Origin: a virus
Taxonomy: Duplodnaviria > Caudoviricetes
Length of the DNA stretch: 54,565 nucleotides
IMG/VR virus record: IMGVR_UViG_3300044676_000159
Span: 1 to 54,565 of that record
Reading direction: 5' to 3' (one strand)
Shown here piece after piece: positions 11,215 to 21,162 of the stretch. Numbering within the stretch: position 1 is the stretch's first letter; each line of letters begins with the position of its first letter. Position numbers and translations under genes: made by a program. Under the pieces are notes generated by a model that worked only from the letters and a program-made list of their open reading frames with translations, ran no database searches and was not told where the DNA came from.

Positions 11215-11389
11215 CCTGTTTCTCCAAATTCTCAAAGTAAGCAGTTTCCCATCCACGTTGCCACTCCCGATACGAAGTGGTGTTCTTGCGCAATGGATTG
11301 CTTACCTGATGGAAGCGTCCGTTACGACGCTCCACCATATTAAAAGCCCTGTGACCGTCTTCAAAGTTTTTAGCCAGACTTTTGTTCAC
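11192..11389 (-). CDS. Small protein with an RMF-like motif
   Basis: G..AF...NPL....YREWQRGWETAY. Confidence 0.5.
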   Translation of the reverse strand: MNKSLAKNFEDGHRAFNMVERRNGRFHQVSNPLRKNTTSYREWQRGWETAYFENLEKQDEPRARS

Positions 11390-11939
11390 TCTGTAACTCC
11401 TTACTAAGTTCGTTCATTGCATGTACGTTAAAAATATTGATTGCCTTTACCCTATCAATCTTGAACCATTCACCTCTACGCTCATCGGCAAAGTGGGTAA
11501 ATGCTTTGTGCATTTCCTTTTCTTTAGCATGACGATCTGTCGTTGTCAACGTAGCAATGATGGAGTAATCACGAAAGGGTGAAGAAGTTTGATATCCATT
11601 GAGGCGATCCTCTGCGATACTAGCCTTGCCCACCTTAACCCACTCAGGCCATGCGTCATTTATAATGACATAGACTTCGCCCTGAGTTGTGCTTTCAATC
11701 TTACTGTGCGACCATGCATCATCCAGTGACTTGAACCGTCCGGGTTTATGTAGGGGATGAGACTTTGGGATATACTTACCGTTGACAAACATACGAGTAG
11801 TATTTTTACGTGCGTGTGATTCTACACGGCGACGGTTGCCATCTCCGGGCTGAATATACCACCACTCTCCATCTTGAAACAATGCCTCTTGCTTTGTGTA
11901 ATTAGACATATCAGCCTTCTTAAACTTTTCCATCAACAT
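11370..11939 (-). CDS. T5orf172 / GIY-YIG-like nuclease domain protein
   Basis: VYVI...WVKVGKA...RLNGYQT...RGEWF motif. Confidence 0.75.
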   Translation of the reverse strand: MLMEKFKKADMSNYTKQEALFQDGEWWYIQPGDGNRRRVESHARKNTTRMFVNGKYIPKSHPLHKPGRFKSLDDAWSHSKIESTTQGEVYVIINDAWPEWVKVGKASIAEDRLNGYQTSSPFRDYSIIATLTTTDRHAKEKEMHKAFTHFADERRGEWFKIDRVKAINIFNVHAMNELSKELQSEQKSG

Positions 11940-12036
11940 TTTGCTTCTCCTTTTCTTTCAGTTTTTTCCACTCTTCGTAACTTTCGTGATGGCGAGGTGG
12001 GTTAAACTGGACCCAATCCTCACCTTGTTTCCACAC
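11920..12036 (-). CDS. Small hypothetical protein (38 aa, not in ORF track)
   Basis: GTG start fills the gap; MWKQGEDWVQFNPPRHHESYEEWKKL... Confidence 0.4.
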   Translation of the reverse strand: MWKQGEDWVQFNPPRHHESYEEWKKLKEKEKQNVDGKV

Positions 12037-12040
12037 TAAT

Positions 12041-12268
12041 TTACTCTGCTGCTTTTTCTTCTGGCTCATTAGACTTTACAGAATTAATTAGTGCAGCACT
12101 GAAGGCATCTTCTGCAGCCACCAACTGGTCAAGGTTAAACCTTGCTTCAGCAATACGTGCTTTCAAATTACGGACCTGATTCACAAAGTACTGCGACTGC
12201 TCACCAAGATCATCGAAGTCGTACTCCTCATCATTGATCATAATTTTATTTTGTTCTGCCATTTTCAT
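12041..12268 (-). CDS. Hypothetical protein
   Basis: AAGGAG RBS, coiled-coil C-terminus. Confidence 0.6.
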   Translation of the reverse strand: MKMAEQNKIMINDEEYDFDDLGEQSQYFVNQVRNLKARIAEARFNLDQLVAAEDAFSAALINSVKSNEPEEKAAE

Positions 12269-12277
12269 TCTCCTTTT

Positions 12278-12481
12278 CTAGTCGTTAAAATAATTTAATA
12301 GAAGGTCCAGTCTATCTTCATGGACAGCCATCTTGTCAAGTTCATCTTGAATAGCTTCCATGATATCAGAATGTTCTCCTATACCTGCAGGGTTCTTCAA
12401 GTACACTTCTATGTTAGCAGTGTGAAGTGCGACATTACCTTGTGCATGTTTGATTAATGCTTCTACGATTTGCTTTCTCAT
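12278..12481 (-). CDS. Conserved small phage protein
   Basis: NIEVYLKNPAGIGEHSDI motif. Confidence 0.6.
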   Translation of the reverse strand: MRKQIVEALIKHAQGNVALHTANIEVYLKNPAGIGEHSDIMEAIQDELDKMAVHEDRLDLLLNYFND

Positions 12482-12693
12482 AGTTTATCCGCATCTTCAT
12501 TAAACGTGCCATCTGGCAATGCACTCTCAAGTGCATTCATATTCATTGAGTCAATCTCACCGTAAATATTCAAGCACTCTTCACCCCAAGATGATTTATT
12601 CAGTGTCAAGTCTTTGCAGTAAGAATACAATGTACTGAATGCAGCAGCCGCAGCCGCTACATCCTTTGTGTGTGTGTCAAATTTAATCTTCAT
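12478..12693 (-). CDS. Hypothetical protein
   Basis: Coupled ORF in the operon. Confidence 0.5.
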   Translation of the reverse strand: MKIKFDTHTKDVAAAAAAFSTLYSYCKDLTLNKSSWGEECLNIYGEIDSMNMNALESALPDGTFNEDADKL

Positions 12694-12880
12694 TTTCTAC
12701 TTCTCCTTTCATCCAGTTATACTCATCGTTATGTTTGTTAATGGCTTTCTCAAGTAGTGCTATTAAGCCTTCGTTAATAAGTGCTTTCTTAGCTTCATCA
12801 TCACACTCAAATACTACAGTCGCTGAACCATCTTCGTGTTCTGTTACTTCATGTATAGCAATCTTTCCTACCATTGTCAA
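12683..12880 (-). CDS. Hypothetical protein (EHEDGSAT motif)
   Basis: AAGGAG RBS. Confidence 0.55.
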   Translation of the reverse strand: MTMVGKIAIHEVTEHEDGSATVVFECDDEAKKALINEGLIALLEKAINKHNDEYNWMKGEVENED

Positions 12881-12888
12881 CTCCTTTC

Positions 12889-14832
12889 TTATGCTGCGTC
12901 CAAGTCTACTACCTCACACACACCAGCAGTACAAGCCAACTCACGCCCACCTGATGTAGTGTCCTCCTTCTCAAACTCTTGCAGCTTTGACCAGTCAATT
13001 GACTTAGGCATTTTCTTTAGCATAGCACCATACTCTTCAACTGTACAGTCTTGATAGGGGGGTTGCTTATACACATGGTCATCGTGGGGCAAGAAGCTAA
13101 TACCAGATACGTCATCAAAGTTTTCATAGACCCAAGCACCTACCTCAAACCACTCATGTTCTTTCACAGTAATGGTAACACTAGGCTTATGCTCACACCA
13201 ATAACGCTGATACGTAAGCCACAACTCAAGCTGTTCAATAGCTGTCATGTCTGTGCGTGTCACTGCTCCTTCTGGTGACTTCATAGGGAAGCTAAACACT
13301 GTAGTGCTTTCATGCTTTCCATATGCATCAGGCTCATTAGGAACACCCTGCGCAATCATGAACTGTGTCAGTGGGTCTTTGTTATCACCGCGAACAGTAC
13401 GAATGTAGTAAGGATTGTGTCGTGCATGAATGCCACTGGCACTGTCTACAAGCTGTGATACTGTACCACTAGGCTTAACACAAGTAATGGCTGCTGACTG
13501 TGGAATACCAAGCTGTTCAGCAATTGCTGCATTTGTTTCTACAGCAACGTCACGTAGACGCTCAAGTGTCTGCCCAATGTTAACACCAAGATGTGCTGAC
13601 TTACCTGACAGCAATTGATTGTCCATAATACCTGTCAGGGATACACCCAGCAAACGCTCTTCTTCTGTGTTCTTCTTCCAGATGTTCCGAAGATACTTGA
13701 AGTTAGTTAGCGTTGCTTGGAATGTACCCAAGATAGTGGCAAGACGAACCTTCTCAGACAGTGACTGCTGAGTATCTGATGCACGTGCTACTACCTCTGA
13801 CAGATTACAGAACTGGTATGGACGTAGGATAATTTCTGAACAAGGATTACATCCAAATTCATGGTCAGCATCACGGCGTCCATTCTTAGCTGCCTGTTTC
13901 TTAGCTGACTGGCGATTGAAGATACCACGCTCACCTGACTTAGATTCGTACAGTGACAGCCACTCACGCATGAATGTACCCATCTGTGGCTTCTCTTTAT
14001 ACGCAACACTGTTGTTTGCAAGTGTACGTTGCCCTTCATACTTCCACCAATCACCTGACTTAGCATGTGCCATTTGATCATCGTTCAGATTAGACAGGCT
14101 GATGAGTGCGCTTCGTCTGACACCACCAACGACAACAACCTCACCAATCTTACACATGATGTCATGACATTCAATTGGATATAGTCTACGTCCTGCAGCA
14201 CCTTTAAACTTTTGAATGACAAACTCAAACAGTTCTTCCAGTGGGGCTGGGCCACTTGCACGACCACCAAATGTTTTCAACCGTGCGCCAGCAGGACGAA
14301 CCTCACTGACATCCCATTGTGGCACTTGCCCAGCATACAGCATGGCAATCAACTCACGCAGTGCCTTTGCCCAGCCGGGGCGACTATCACCTACCTTGAT
14401 TACTGTATCGCTTGCCTCAAAGTGTTCGTTCACGATAGGCAGTTTGTCCACTGCATTACGCTCAACGGAGAAGCCTACGCCAGTGCCACACATAAGAATA
14501 TACATAGTCTCATCGAAGGCACGTGGGCTGTCTACTGGAACATAGGAACAGTTGTAGCCACCCACATGGCAGCGGTCAAGTGCAGGGCCAGCAGTCATCA
14601 ATGCTCTCATGCTTGGCATAATATCTTGGTTAAGTACAGCTTCCTCAAGTTCAGCACGTAGTTCATCGGACAGTGCATAGTTATGCTTTTCAGCAAGATG
14701 ATTCTCCATATAATCAAAGTATCTCTGTACTGTTTCTGCCCATGTTTCTCTACGCTGCTCATCTTCAATCCAACGTGCGTACCGTGAAGTAGCGATAAAT
14801 GTTTGGTAGTCTGTAGGTAAATAATTATTCAT
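12889..14832 (-). CDS. nrdJ: Class II (adenosylcobalamin-dependent) ribonucleotide reductase
   Basis: NPCSEI, CNLSE, TCVKPSGT, C-terminal CTAGVC; no beta-subunit gene in the window. Confidence 0.9.
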   Translation of the reverse strand: MNNYLPTDYQTFIATSRYARWIEDEQRRETWAETVQRYFDYMENHLAEKHNYALSDELRAELEEAVLNQDIMPSMRALMTAGPALDRCHVGGYNCSYVPVDSPRAFDETMYILMCGTGVGFSVERNAVDKLPIVNEHFEASDTVIKVGDSRPGWAKALRELIAMLYAGQVPQWDVSEVRPAGARLKTFGGRASGPAPLEELFEFVIQKFKGAAGRRLYPIECHDIMCKIGEVVVVGGVRRSALISLSNLNDDQMAHAKSGDWWKYEGQRTLANNSVAYKEKPQMGTFMREWLSLYESKSGERGIFNRQSAKKQAAKNGRRDADHEFGCNPCSEIILRPYQFCNLSEVVARASDTQQSLSEKVRLATILGTFQATLTNFKYLRNIWKKNTEEERLLGVSLTGIMDNQLLSGKSAHLGVNIGQTLERLRDVAVETNAAIAEQLGIPQSAAITCVKPSGTVSQLVDSASGIHARHNPYYIRTVRGDNKDPLTQFMIAQGVPNEPDAYGKHESTTVFSFPMKSPEGAVTRTDMTAIEQLELWLTYQRYWCEHKPSVTITVKEHEWFEVGAWVYENFDDVSGISFLPHDDHVYKQPPYQDCTVEEYGAMLKKMPKSIDWSKLQEFEKEDTTSGGRELACTAGVCEVVDLDAA

Positions 14833-14836
14833 GTCA

Positions 14837-14995
14837 TCACTCCGTTATTGTTTTTATAGTGCGTATATCTGCACCTTCTATATCATAGAAATACTCATGT
14901 ATTCCATCCTCAATTTCCTCCCCAACTTGTCCATCGGCAGGTATTGGATATTCTTCTGGGTCAATGTCGATTGTGATATATACTTTAACTCGCAT
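14837..14995 (-). CDS. Small acidic hypothetical protein (52 aa, not in ORF track)
   Basis: MRVKVYITIDIDPEEYPIPADG... fills the gap upstream of nrdJ. Confidence 0.55.
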   Translation of the reverse strand: MRVKVYITIDIDPEEYPIPADGQVGEEIEDGIHEYFYDIEGADIRTIKTITE

Positions 14996-15302
14996 TGGCC
15001 ATTACTTCCTCGATCAACTTGTCCAGATACCACTTGGCTTTTTCCAAGTCCTCAAGTGGCTTGTCTTTATAACGATAACGCCACACATATTTCATGATAT
15101 TACCTTGAAGGTAGTATTCAAACCCATCATCTGTAGCTGCGCAAATAGCTTGAATACATTCAATGCCTGTAGCATTGTAGTGAGGCGGGTTGTTTACCAT
15201 ATCAGATTGACCAGATACTTGCTGATCCTTATCCCAGACCACATCTTTCCATTGCTGTTTCATCTCAATCTCTTTCATTATCCTGTTATAGTCTGTCATC
15301 AA
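14985..15302 (-). CDS. DUF3310 / T7 gp1.7-like nucleotide kinase family protein
   Basis: VNNPPHY...IECI...GNIMKYVWRY..K...DLEKAKWYL. Confidence 0.8.
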   Translation of the reverse strand: MMTDYNRIMKEIEMKQQWKDVVWDKDQQVSGQSDMVNNPPHYNATGIECIQAICAATDDGFEYYLQGNIMKYVWRYRYKDKPLEDLEKAKWYLDKLIEEVMANAS

Positions 15303-15649
15303 GCACTCCCCTTTGTCTTGCTACCAAAACTCAGATGCACCACGTTTCCATCTTCCTTAGTGACAATCACAGTATCATCTTCTTCTAACATATACTCACT
15401 GTCTTTGTCAACAACTTCCATAACATATGTATGTACAAGATTACGAATACTTTCATCCTGTTCCATAATTGGGACAGTGGCGCACATCATCTTACAGAAG
15501 TGCATAACCTGACTGTATCCCTCATCATCAAGAGGGTTGCCAGCGGATGATATAATAGCAATGTCAATCTCTCCTGTCCACTCTGAGTTATTTACAGTCG
15601 GACGAATCCTGATTACAAAGTCTTCATCTTCTATGTTATCAATGTCCAT
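15299..15649 (-). CDS. Hypothetical protein
   Basis: 116 aa coupled ORF. Confidence 0.6.
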   Translation of the reverse strand: MDIDNIEDEDFVIRIRPTVNNSEWTGEIDIAIISSAGNPLDDEGYSQVMHFCKMMCATVPIMEQDESIRNLVHTYVMEVVDKDSEYMLEEDDTVIVTKEDGNVVHLSFGSKTKGSA

Positions 15650-15652
15650 GCT

Positions 15653-16108
15653 CTATCTCCTTTTCACTTTGGTTCCGTTAAACTTGATAAACTTAGGGTG
15701 CTTGTTCTTTCCCTTTTCTTTAAGCCAATCTTCTGGAATGATACGGTCATAGTACCTAAACCCATATTTAATACACCACTCGCCGTAGGTTGACTTAGCA
15801 CCCTTGCGCAGCTTTCTCCTACTATTTTCAAACACAAAGCGAATGTCAAGTGTCGGATGCTGCTTCTTGATAGCAAGATGTTTGCGTCTGTCGGCAGCAG
15901 TGAACATGCCCTTCGTCTCAATGATGATGCCGTTGTGCAGCACGAAGTCTGGAGTATATGTGCGGTAGGCTAGGTCTTCCCACTCAATCTTAACTTGCTC
16001 GTATAGATAGTCAATAGAGAGTTCATCAAGATATATAGATACCTTATACTCTAGTCCACTCCTATATCCATATTTCCGTGCTGCACGGAATTGTTTTGCG
16101 TTAGGCAT
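15653..16108 (-). CDS. T7 gp3-like endonuclease I (Holliday junction resolvase)
   Basis: YRSGLE...YTPDF...IETKG...DRRKH...DIRFVF. Confidence 0.9.
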   Translation of the reverse strand: MPNAKQFRAARKYGYRSGLEYKVSIYLDELSIDYLYEQVKIEWEDLAYRTYTPDFVLHNGIIIETKGMFTAADRRKHLAIKKQHPTLDIRFVFENSRRKLRKGAKSTYGEWCIKYGFRYYDRIIPEDWLKEKGKNKHPKFIKFNGTKVKRR

Positions 16109-16964
16109 ATTCTTCCGCCAATGATACATAGGCTACAGTCTTAGGCTGCTTTGCCTGTGATGCTACTGCAGGACGTTCAGTCAGTCCGGGCCAGCAAGCG
16201 AAACGATAGCGACAGAAGACACAGTTCTGATCAAGTACCCTGTTGCCTGTCTCCTTGCCTCTGAACTTCTCAGGCACAGAATCGAAGCAACGCTTGAACT
16301 CGTTTGTCTCCAGTGTCTTGGCTGTTTCCTTGATGCGTTCAACTTGCTTCTCAACATCAAGTCCTGTAGCTGGCACGTACTTGAACTCACCATTAGCTTT
16401 GTTCACAACCCACCATCCACCGGCACGTTTGCCAGATGCCTTCGCATACCCAGCAAGCTGGGACACGTAGCCAAATGGATCACCTATCCTTAGAGTGTCA
16501 AATGATTCAAACTTGTTATTGTAAGACCAATTAGACGCTGACTTAATATCATCAACAGCACCATCAATAACAATATCGTAGGTGCCAGAGAGGGATGTAT
16601 CGTCATCAAGGTCAAGCGTAACTTTCTCATCATCTTCATATTCCACTCCTGCTTCTTTGAGTAGTCCCTTGAAGACAGCTTCAACGATGTCTCCAAGCAT
16701 CATGTTCATCACGAATGTTGTCGGTAGAGGCAGTGCTTTCTCTGGTTCATTCTTGTCAAACCAAAGCTGACAAGTCGGTCTACCTACGTTAGACATACGC
16801 AGACCAAACTCATCACGCTTATTGCCCCCACCGAACTGGCGTCCAAGCGCATCCATAACATCAAGACCTACTTGTTTGATAGTCTCTTGTGACATAGTAG
16901 ACTTACCATTAGCAGCATTCTCCATGTATTGATGTAACGCCAGTTCAGCAGGGTGGTTCATCAT
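16101..16964 (-). CDS. PD-(D/E)XK exonuclease (Cas4-like)
   Basis: RMSNVGRPTCQLW, GTYD...DIKS, QLAGY, C-terminal CVFC...C. Confidence 0.75.
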   Translation of the reverse strand: MMNHPAELALHQYMENAANGKSTMSQETIKQVGLDVMDALGRQFGGGNKRDEFGLRMSNVGRPTCQLWFDKNEPEKALPLPTTFVMNMMLGDIVEAVFKGLLKEAGVEYEDDEKVTLDLDDDTSLSGTYDIVIDGAVDDIKSASNWSYNNKFESFDTLRIGDPFGYVSQLAGYAKASGKRAGGWWVVNKANGEFKYVPATGLDVEKQVERIKETAKTLETNEFKRCFDSVPEKFRGKETGNRVLDQNCVFCRYRFACWPGLTERPAVASQAKQPKTVAYVSLAEEYA

Positions 16965-17857
16965 GCTACCTCATCTTCCTCAAGATCAATCACACCTTCA
17001 GTGATTGAGATGTCGTCATCATCGTCATGCGGATTAGCTTTCTCTGCATATGTACTGATGATGTACTCATTGTAGTTCTGTACCCATGCCATGAAGTCGG
17101 TGAACAGTTCTTGATCAGACTGCTCAATTTCAACAATGTTAGTAAGGTTGACCGTAGTCACAGGCAAAAAGAAGCTACTTCCATTAGGCAGCTTACGTTC
17201 CTCAGTTGCTGCACTGACTACATGCTGGATGGGCAGACGCTTTTGCTTTGCAAAGGTAGCGAACACTTCGCCCCAGCCCTTGAAGGCATCACGGTTATCT
17301 ACTTCCCAAATGAATGGGGTAACATCCACATCCACTGGATTACCCTGATCATCAGTAGGGTCAACCAGTTCAACGGTGCCAAAGATTACACGTACTCGTT
17401 TGATCTGCTTAATCAAGTCCTGTGTCTTCTCAGGCAAAGCCTTAAAGTCTTGGATGTAGCCAGCAGGTTTACCGCAGTTGAACCCACCATCATTATCCTT
17501 GAGGTCGATGTTCAAGTTATCAGCCATGACAGTCTTGATGTAACGATTAGGTGTGCTACCTGAAGCCATCACGAACCGCTTGTACATAAAGCGTTGCATG
17601 TATGGGCGGATGTGTGCCGCAGAAGCGTAGTAGGTTGGCCCATCTGGAATCTCCAGCTTGTATTGTCCACCTTCTACAACCTCCACGTTTGCCTTCTTGC
17701 CATTGACTTCGGCAATACCCATGATGGGTGTGTGATGGATACGCAGACGGGCAAGTGTACTAGACTTCTTACTGCTACTCGTACCCTCATTGGCAATGCC
17801 CATAGCTTTAGCCATTGCTGCATAGTTGTTAGTATCAATTGTAGTGATCTCGTTCAT
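16961..17857 (-). CDS. Putative single-stranded DNA-binding protein
   Basis: Directly downstream of PolA; acidic C-terminal tail. Confidence 0.55.
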   Translation of the reverse strand: MNEITTIDTNNYAAMAKAMGIANEGTSSSKKSSTLARLRIHHTPIMGIAEVNGKKANVEVVEGGQYKLEIPDGPTYYASAAHIRPYMQRFMYKRFVMASGSTPNRYIKTVMADNLNIDLKDNDGGFNCGKPAGYIQDFKALPEKTQDLIKQIKRVRVIFGTVELVDPTDDQGNPVDVDVTPFIWEVDNRDAFKGWGEVFATFAKQKRLPIQHVVSAATEERKLPNGSSFFLPVTTVNLTNIVEIEQSDQELFTDFMAWVQNYNEYIISTYAEKANPHDDDDDISITEGVIDLEEDEVA

Positions 17858-17893
17858 GTAATTTATACTCCTTCTTTCGAGTCAGAAACCATA

Positions 17894-17922
17894 GTTATAT
17901 CACGACACGTCTTTCGTGTCAA
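17894..17922 (-). promoter_or_regulatory. Sigma70-type promoter TTGACA-N17-TATAAC
   Basis: Overlaps the 3' end of polA, upstream of the SSB-like gene. Confidence 0.65.
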
Positions 17923-19942
17923 GCCAGTTGGGGCCAATTTTTGCCTCAAGTTCTAGTGGAACATTGAACGCCAACCCCCAACGTATAGCGATCAAGTCAG
18001 GCAATGCATTGTTAGTCTCCTGAATTAGTTGGATAACCCTTTCTTCTTCATCAGGATGAATATCAATTACAATACTATCGTGAACAGTATTTACCACACA
18101 AGACTGCATACTGTCAAGTAGTTTATCAATGTGCAGAAGAGCAATCGGTACGATATCTGCTGTAGCAAACGACTGCACAGGGTAGTTCTTGATCTGTGTG
18201 AAGTTAGTCACACGGCCACTAGCCTTACGTACTACGTCAGGAAAAGCGAACTGCCTACCAGACGGCGTGGTAATATACCCTGTGTTTATAGCCTCTTTAG
18301 CCAGTCTGGAATGCCAATCTGCGACCCCTTTGTATTTGTTCGTGAAGTGCGTGTAGTATTTTGCTTCCGCTGGTGTTCTACCAAAGCCTGTTGCGCCATA
18401 GAGTGGAGCAAACGTGTGCGCCTTCGCAGTCTGGCGATCCGTAGGTTGACCAGCATCGGTAATAACCTTCGCGGTGTATGCGTGTACATCAAATCCAGTA
18501 GAAACTTCCTCAATTGCAACTCCATCCTGTGATAAAAATGCGGCAGCACGAAACTCTAGCTGTGCAAAATCCGCTTCCATAATTTTGCCACCTTCAAAGC
18601 GAGACACAAACACCCTCTTGACAGGAAAGGTACCACCACGTGGCATGTTCTGCATGTTAGGGTCAGCACCAGACAGGCGTCCTGTAGCTGTGCGATGCTG
18701 TAACAAGCGGACGTGTAGTTTACCATCTTGCTTTGTAAACATTTTAATGCCCTCTACAAAGGAGGACAAGTATGTGTCTACAGCAGACAGTCGTCTGACT
18801 TTGGACAGGAAGTCAACTGCATCCTCCATACCCTTGGCACGTGCTGCACCTTCCAGTGTCTCAAGGTTCTGCTTGCTTGTGCTGAACCCATTGGCACTTG
18901 CCCACTTGGGTGACGGTGGCTTGAACTTGAGGCCAGCAGTCTGCTGTATAGGCTGGAACAGATAACCTTGTGCATCGCACACCTTGCAGCGACTAGGCTT
19001 GGCGAAGGGTGTCCCATCCTTCTTGACCTTACGTACATAACCTGTGCCGTTACACTCACGACACTGCACTGCACGTGTCTTGGAGAGGCGGGTGGTATGT
19101 GCGCCAACCAAACTGCGGAAGGAAGTGTCATCCATGTATGGATCAACCTGTGTTGCCCAGAACTGCTTGTCATTTACCTTGCGGCTGTAGATTACCCACG
19201 ACAATTGCTCCGGGCTGTTTAGATTGATAGGGGTATCCCCCATCAGCTTACGTACATGCGCTTGCAAGTCGGCAGTAAGCTGATCACGTTCCTTCTCAAA
19301 CTCAACCCGCACATTCTCTAGTGCGTTCTTGTCCACTGTAAATCCCCGCTGATAGATACGAGACAGACAGACAGCAACCTGATTGGTCAGGTCCACTGTA
19401 CCCATGAGACCGCTGTCCGCTGGTGTATTAAGACGATACATCAACCTGTCTGCCAGTTGCTGTGTAGCATGTAGGTCAGCAGACAGATACTCTGACAGTT
19501 CATCAATAGGAATTGTGCGTGTGCTATATCCCTTCCTGAAGTATTGCTTCAGTGTATCCTGCTTCTTGGTGTCAAGATCGTACCGTTCAGCACATGCTTC
19601 CAGAGACAACGGCTCCTTGACACCACGCTGTAGGACATACTCAGCCAGCATTGTGTCGAACACAGGGCCATCATACTTGAAGCCACTCTCCCACAGCCAC
19701 AGAAGATCATGTGCAGCATTGTGCATGATCAGAACAGTAGCATTGTCAAGCCACTTCTGGATAATAGAGAAGCCACCAATGGTAGGTTCACGATCCTCAT
19801 GGTCAAAGATGATCAAGTCTTCCTGTCCCTGATCAGTGAGTACACCTACCATAGTCAGACTATTGTCTGTCTCGAATGGATCAAGGTGCATCTTGCCGTC
19901 ACGATGGGTGACTGTATTTTCTACGTCTAATGTTATCTTCAT
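17900..19942 (-). CDS. polA: Family A DNA polymerase with 3'-5' exonuclease and DnaJ-like zinc-finger insert
   Basis: LDVE exonuclease motif, TGRLS, DFAQLE, AKAHTFAPLYG, VHDS; insert CRECNGTG...CKVCDAQG. Confidence 0.95.
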   Translation of the reverse strand: MKITLDVENTVTHRDGKMHLDPFETDNSLTMVGVLTDQGQEDLIIFDHEDREPTIGGFSIIQKWLDNATVLIMHNAAHDLLWLWESGFKYDGPVFDTMLAEYVLQRGVKEPLSLEACAERYDLDTKKQDTLKQYFRKGYSTRTIPIDELSEYLSADLHATQQLADRLMYRLNTPADSGLMGTVDLTNQVAVCLSRIYQRGFTVDKNALENVRVEFEKERDQLTADLQAHVRKLMGDTPINLNSPEQLSWVIYSRKVNDKQFWATQVDPYMDDTSFRSLVGAHTTRLSKTRAVQCRECNGTGYVRKVKKDGTPFAKPSRCKVCDAQGYLFQPIQQTAGLKFKPPSPKWASANGFSTSKQNLETLEGAARAKGMEDAVDFLSKVRRLSAVDTYLSSFVEGIKMFTKQDGKLHVRLLQHRTATGRLSGADPNMQNMPRGGTFPVKRVFVSRFEGGKIMEADFAQLEFRAAAFLSQDGVAIEEVSTGFDVHAYTAKVITDAGQPTDRQTAKAHTFAPLYGATGFGRTPAEAKYYTHFTNKYKGVADWHSRLAKEAINTGYITTPSGRQFAFPDVVRKASGRVTNFTQIKNYPVQSFATADIVPIALLHIDKLLDSMQSCVVNTVHDSIVIDIHPDEEERVIQLIQETNNALPDLIAIRWGLAFNVPLELEAKIGPNWLDTKDVS

Positions 19943-21162
19943 CCTTCATACCTCGCTGTCAAATAGTCTAGTTCACAGTTTACCATACCGTGCCAGCCAT
20001 TCAACTTGTTTTTTACAATGTTCATATGTCTCAGTGGACTATCCTCTTCCTGTCCCTCGACAGTCGGAGACTTACCAATTAGGATCATCAGGTCAGCCTC
20101 TGCTGCTTTACCTGTACGCGACCCTTCCATCATGCTCTGGTTTAACTGTGACCTACCCTCTGCCTCTGCAGAAAGCTGTGACATGTAGAACACAGCGCAG
20201 TCATACGCTTTGGCAATCTGCCGTGCATGAATAGCACACGCCTTAAGTGCCTCATCTTGTCGGGCGAAGCCGCCCTCTGCCTTAAACTTGTCACCCATGT
20301 CAAGCACGAGAACGTCAGGGCGATAGGTCTTGGCCACACTCTCTACCCAATTCATGTCACGACCAGATGCTTCCTTGATCTTAATGTTATTCATCACTGG
20401 TTCATACAGTGACTTGGCCTTGGTCATATTCTCCTTGACCTCACGTGCTGACATACCAGCGGCAGCCGTCAGGTATCGTGCGCCAACACGGTGTGTAGGT
20501 TCCTCGTTACAGAGGATGACACACTTGGCACCCTGATGCGCGAAGCCATTTGGAGCAGCGATCAGGCTGGCGTGGAACGATGTCTTGCCAGTGTTAGGAC
20601 GTGCGCCTACCTCAATAAGCTGACCAGCACTGACGCCCTCAACCTTACGTGCAACGCTAGGTATATTGAAGGACCAACGTGCTTCCAGTTCAGCCTTTGC
20701 CATCAGTGTCTCTATGCTGATGTCATCCCATTCGATGTTGAGGTTGGGTGTGAAGTCATCTCCATAACGCTCAAGCAGGTTACGTAGTGTCTCCATTGTA
20801 CCGCCTGTACCACTCACCATGTCGAAGCCAATGTTGGCAATATCCTCACCCACTACCTTCTGAAACAGCTTAGACAGAACCTCTTGTGCAATGTCACTGC
20901 CCATCGGGGCTTCGCGTTTGAGTTGGGCAAACAGACTGTCGAAGCCTGTCTTCTGTGCAGTGGTCATCGTGGGATGAGATGACAGGAACAGAGCCTGTAC
21001 TTCATCCGGGGTGACACTACGATTGTAGTGGTCCATCGCCTTGTCAATCGTCTGCTTTATCTTGCGATTGTCTGCGCTGAACAGTCTGTCAGGACACTTG
21101 GCACCACGATGGTCATCGTAGAACCCCTTGTCCATCAGACTTCTTAGCATTGATACTTCCAT
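19939..21162 (-). CDS. DnaB-like (SF4) replicative helicase
   Basis: GARPNTGKT Walker A, VLDM, MSQL, KNK. Confidence 0.9.
   Translation of the reverse strand: MEVSMLRSLMDKGFYDDHRGAKCPDRLFSADNRKIKQTIDKAMDHYNRSVTPDEVQALFLSSHPTMTTAQKTGFDSLFAQLKREAPMGSDIAQEVLSKLFQKVVGEDIANIGFDMVSGTGGTMETLRNLLERYGDDFTPNLNIEWDDISIETLMAKAELEARWSFNIPSVARKVEGVSAGQLIEVGARPNTGKTSFHASLIAAPNGFAHQGAKCVILCNEEPTHRVGARYLTAAAGMSAREVKENMTKAKSLYEPVMNNIKIKEASGRDMNWVESVAKTYRPDVLVLDMGDKFKAEGGFARQDEALKACAIHARQIAKAYDCAVFYMSQLSAEAEGRSQLNQSMMEGSRTGKAAEADLMILIGKSPTVEGQEEDSPLRHMNIVKNKLNGWHGMVNCELDYLTARYEG

Noticed and set aside
16101-16964. Cas4-like nuclease as evidence of a CRISPR system
   Set aside because: Stand-alone exonuclease in the replication module; no other cas genes or array
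12889-19942. Introns or inteins in nrdJ or polA
   Set aside because: Both reading frames are continuous and of normal length, with no intein terminal motifs seen
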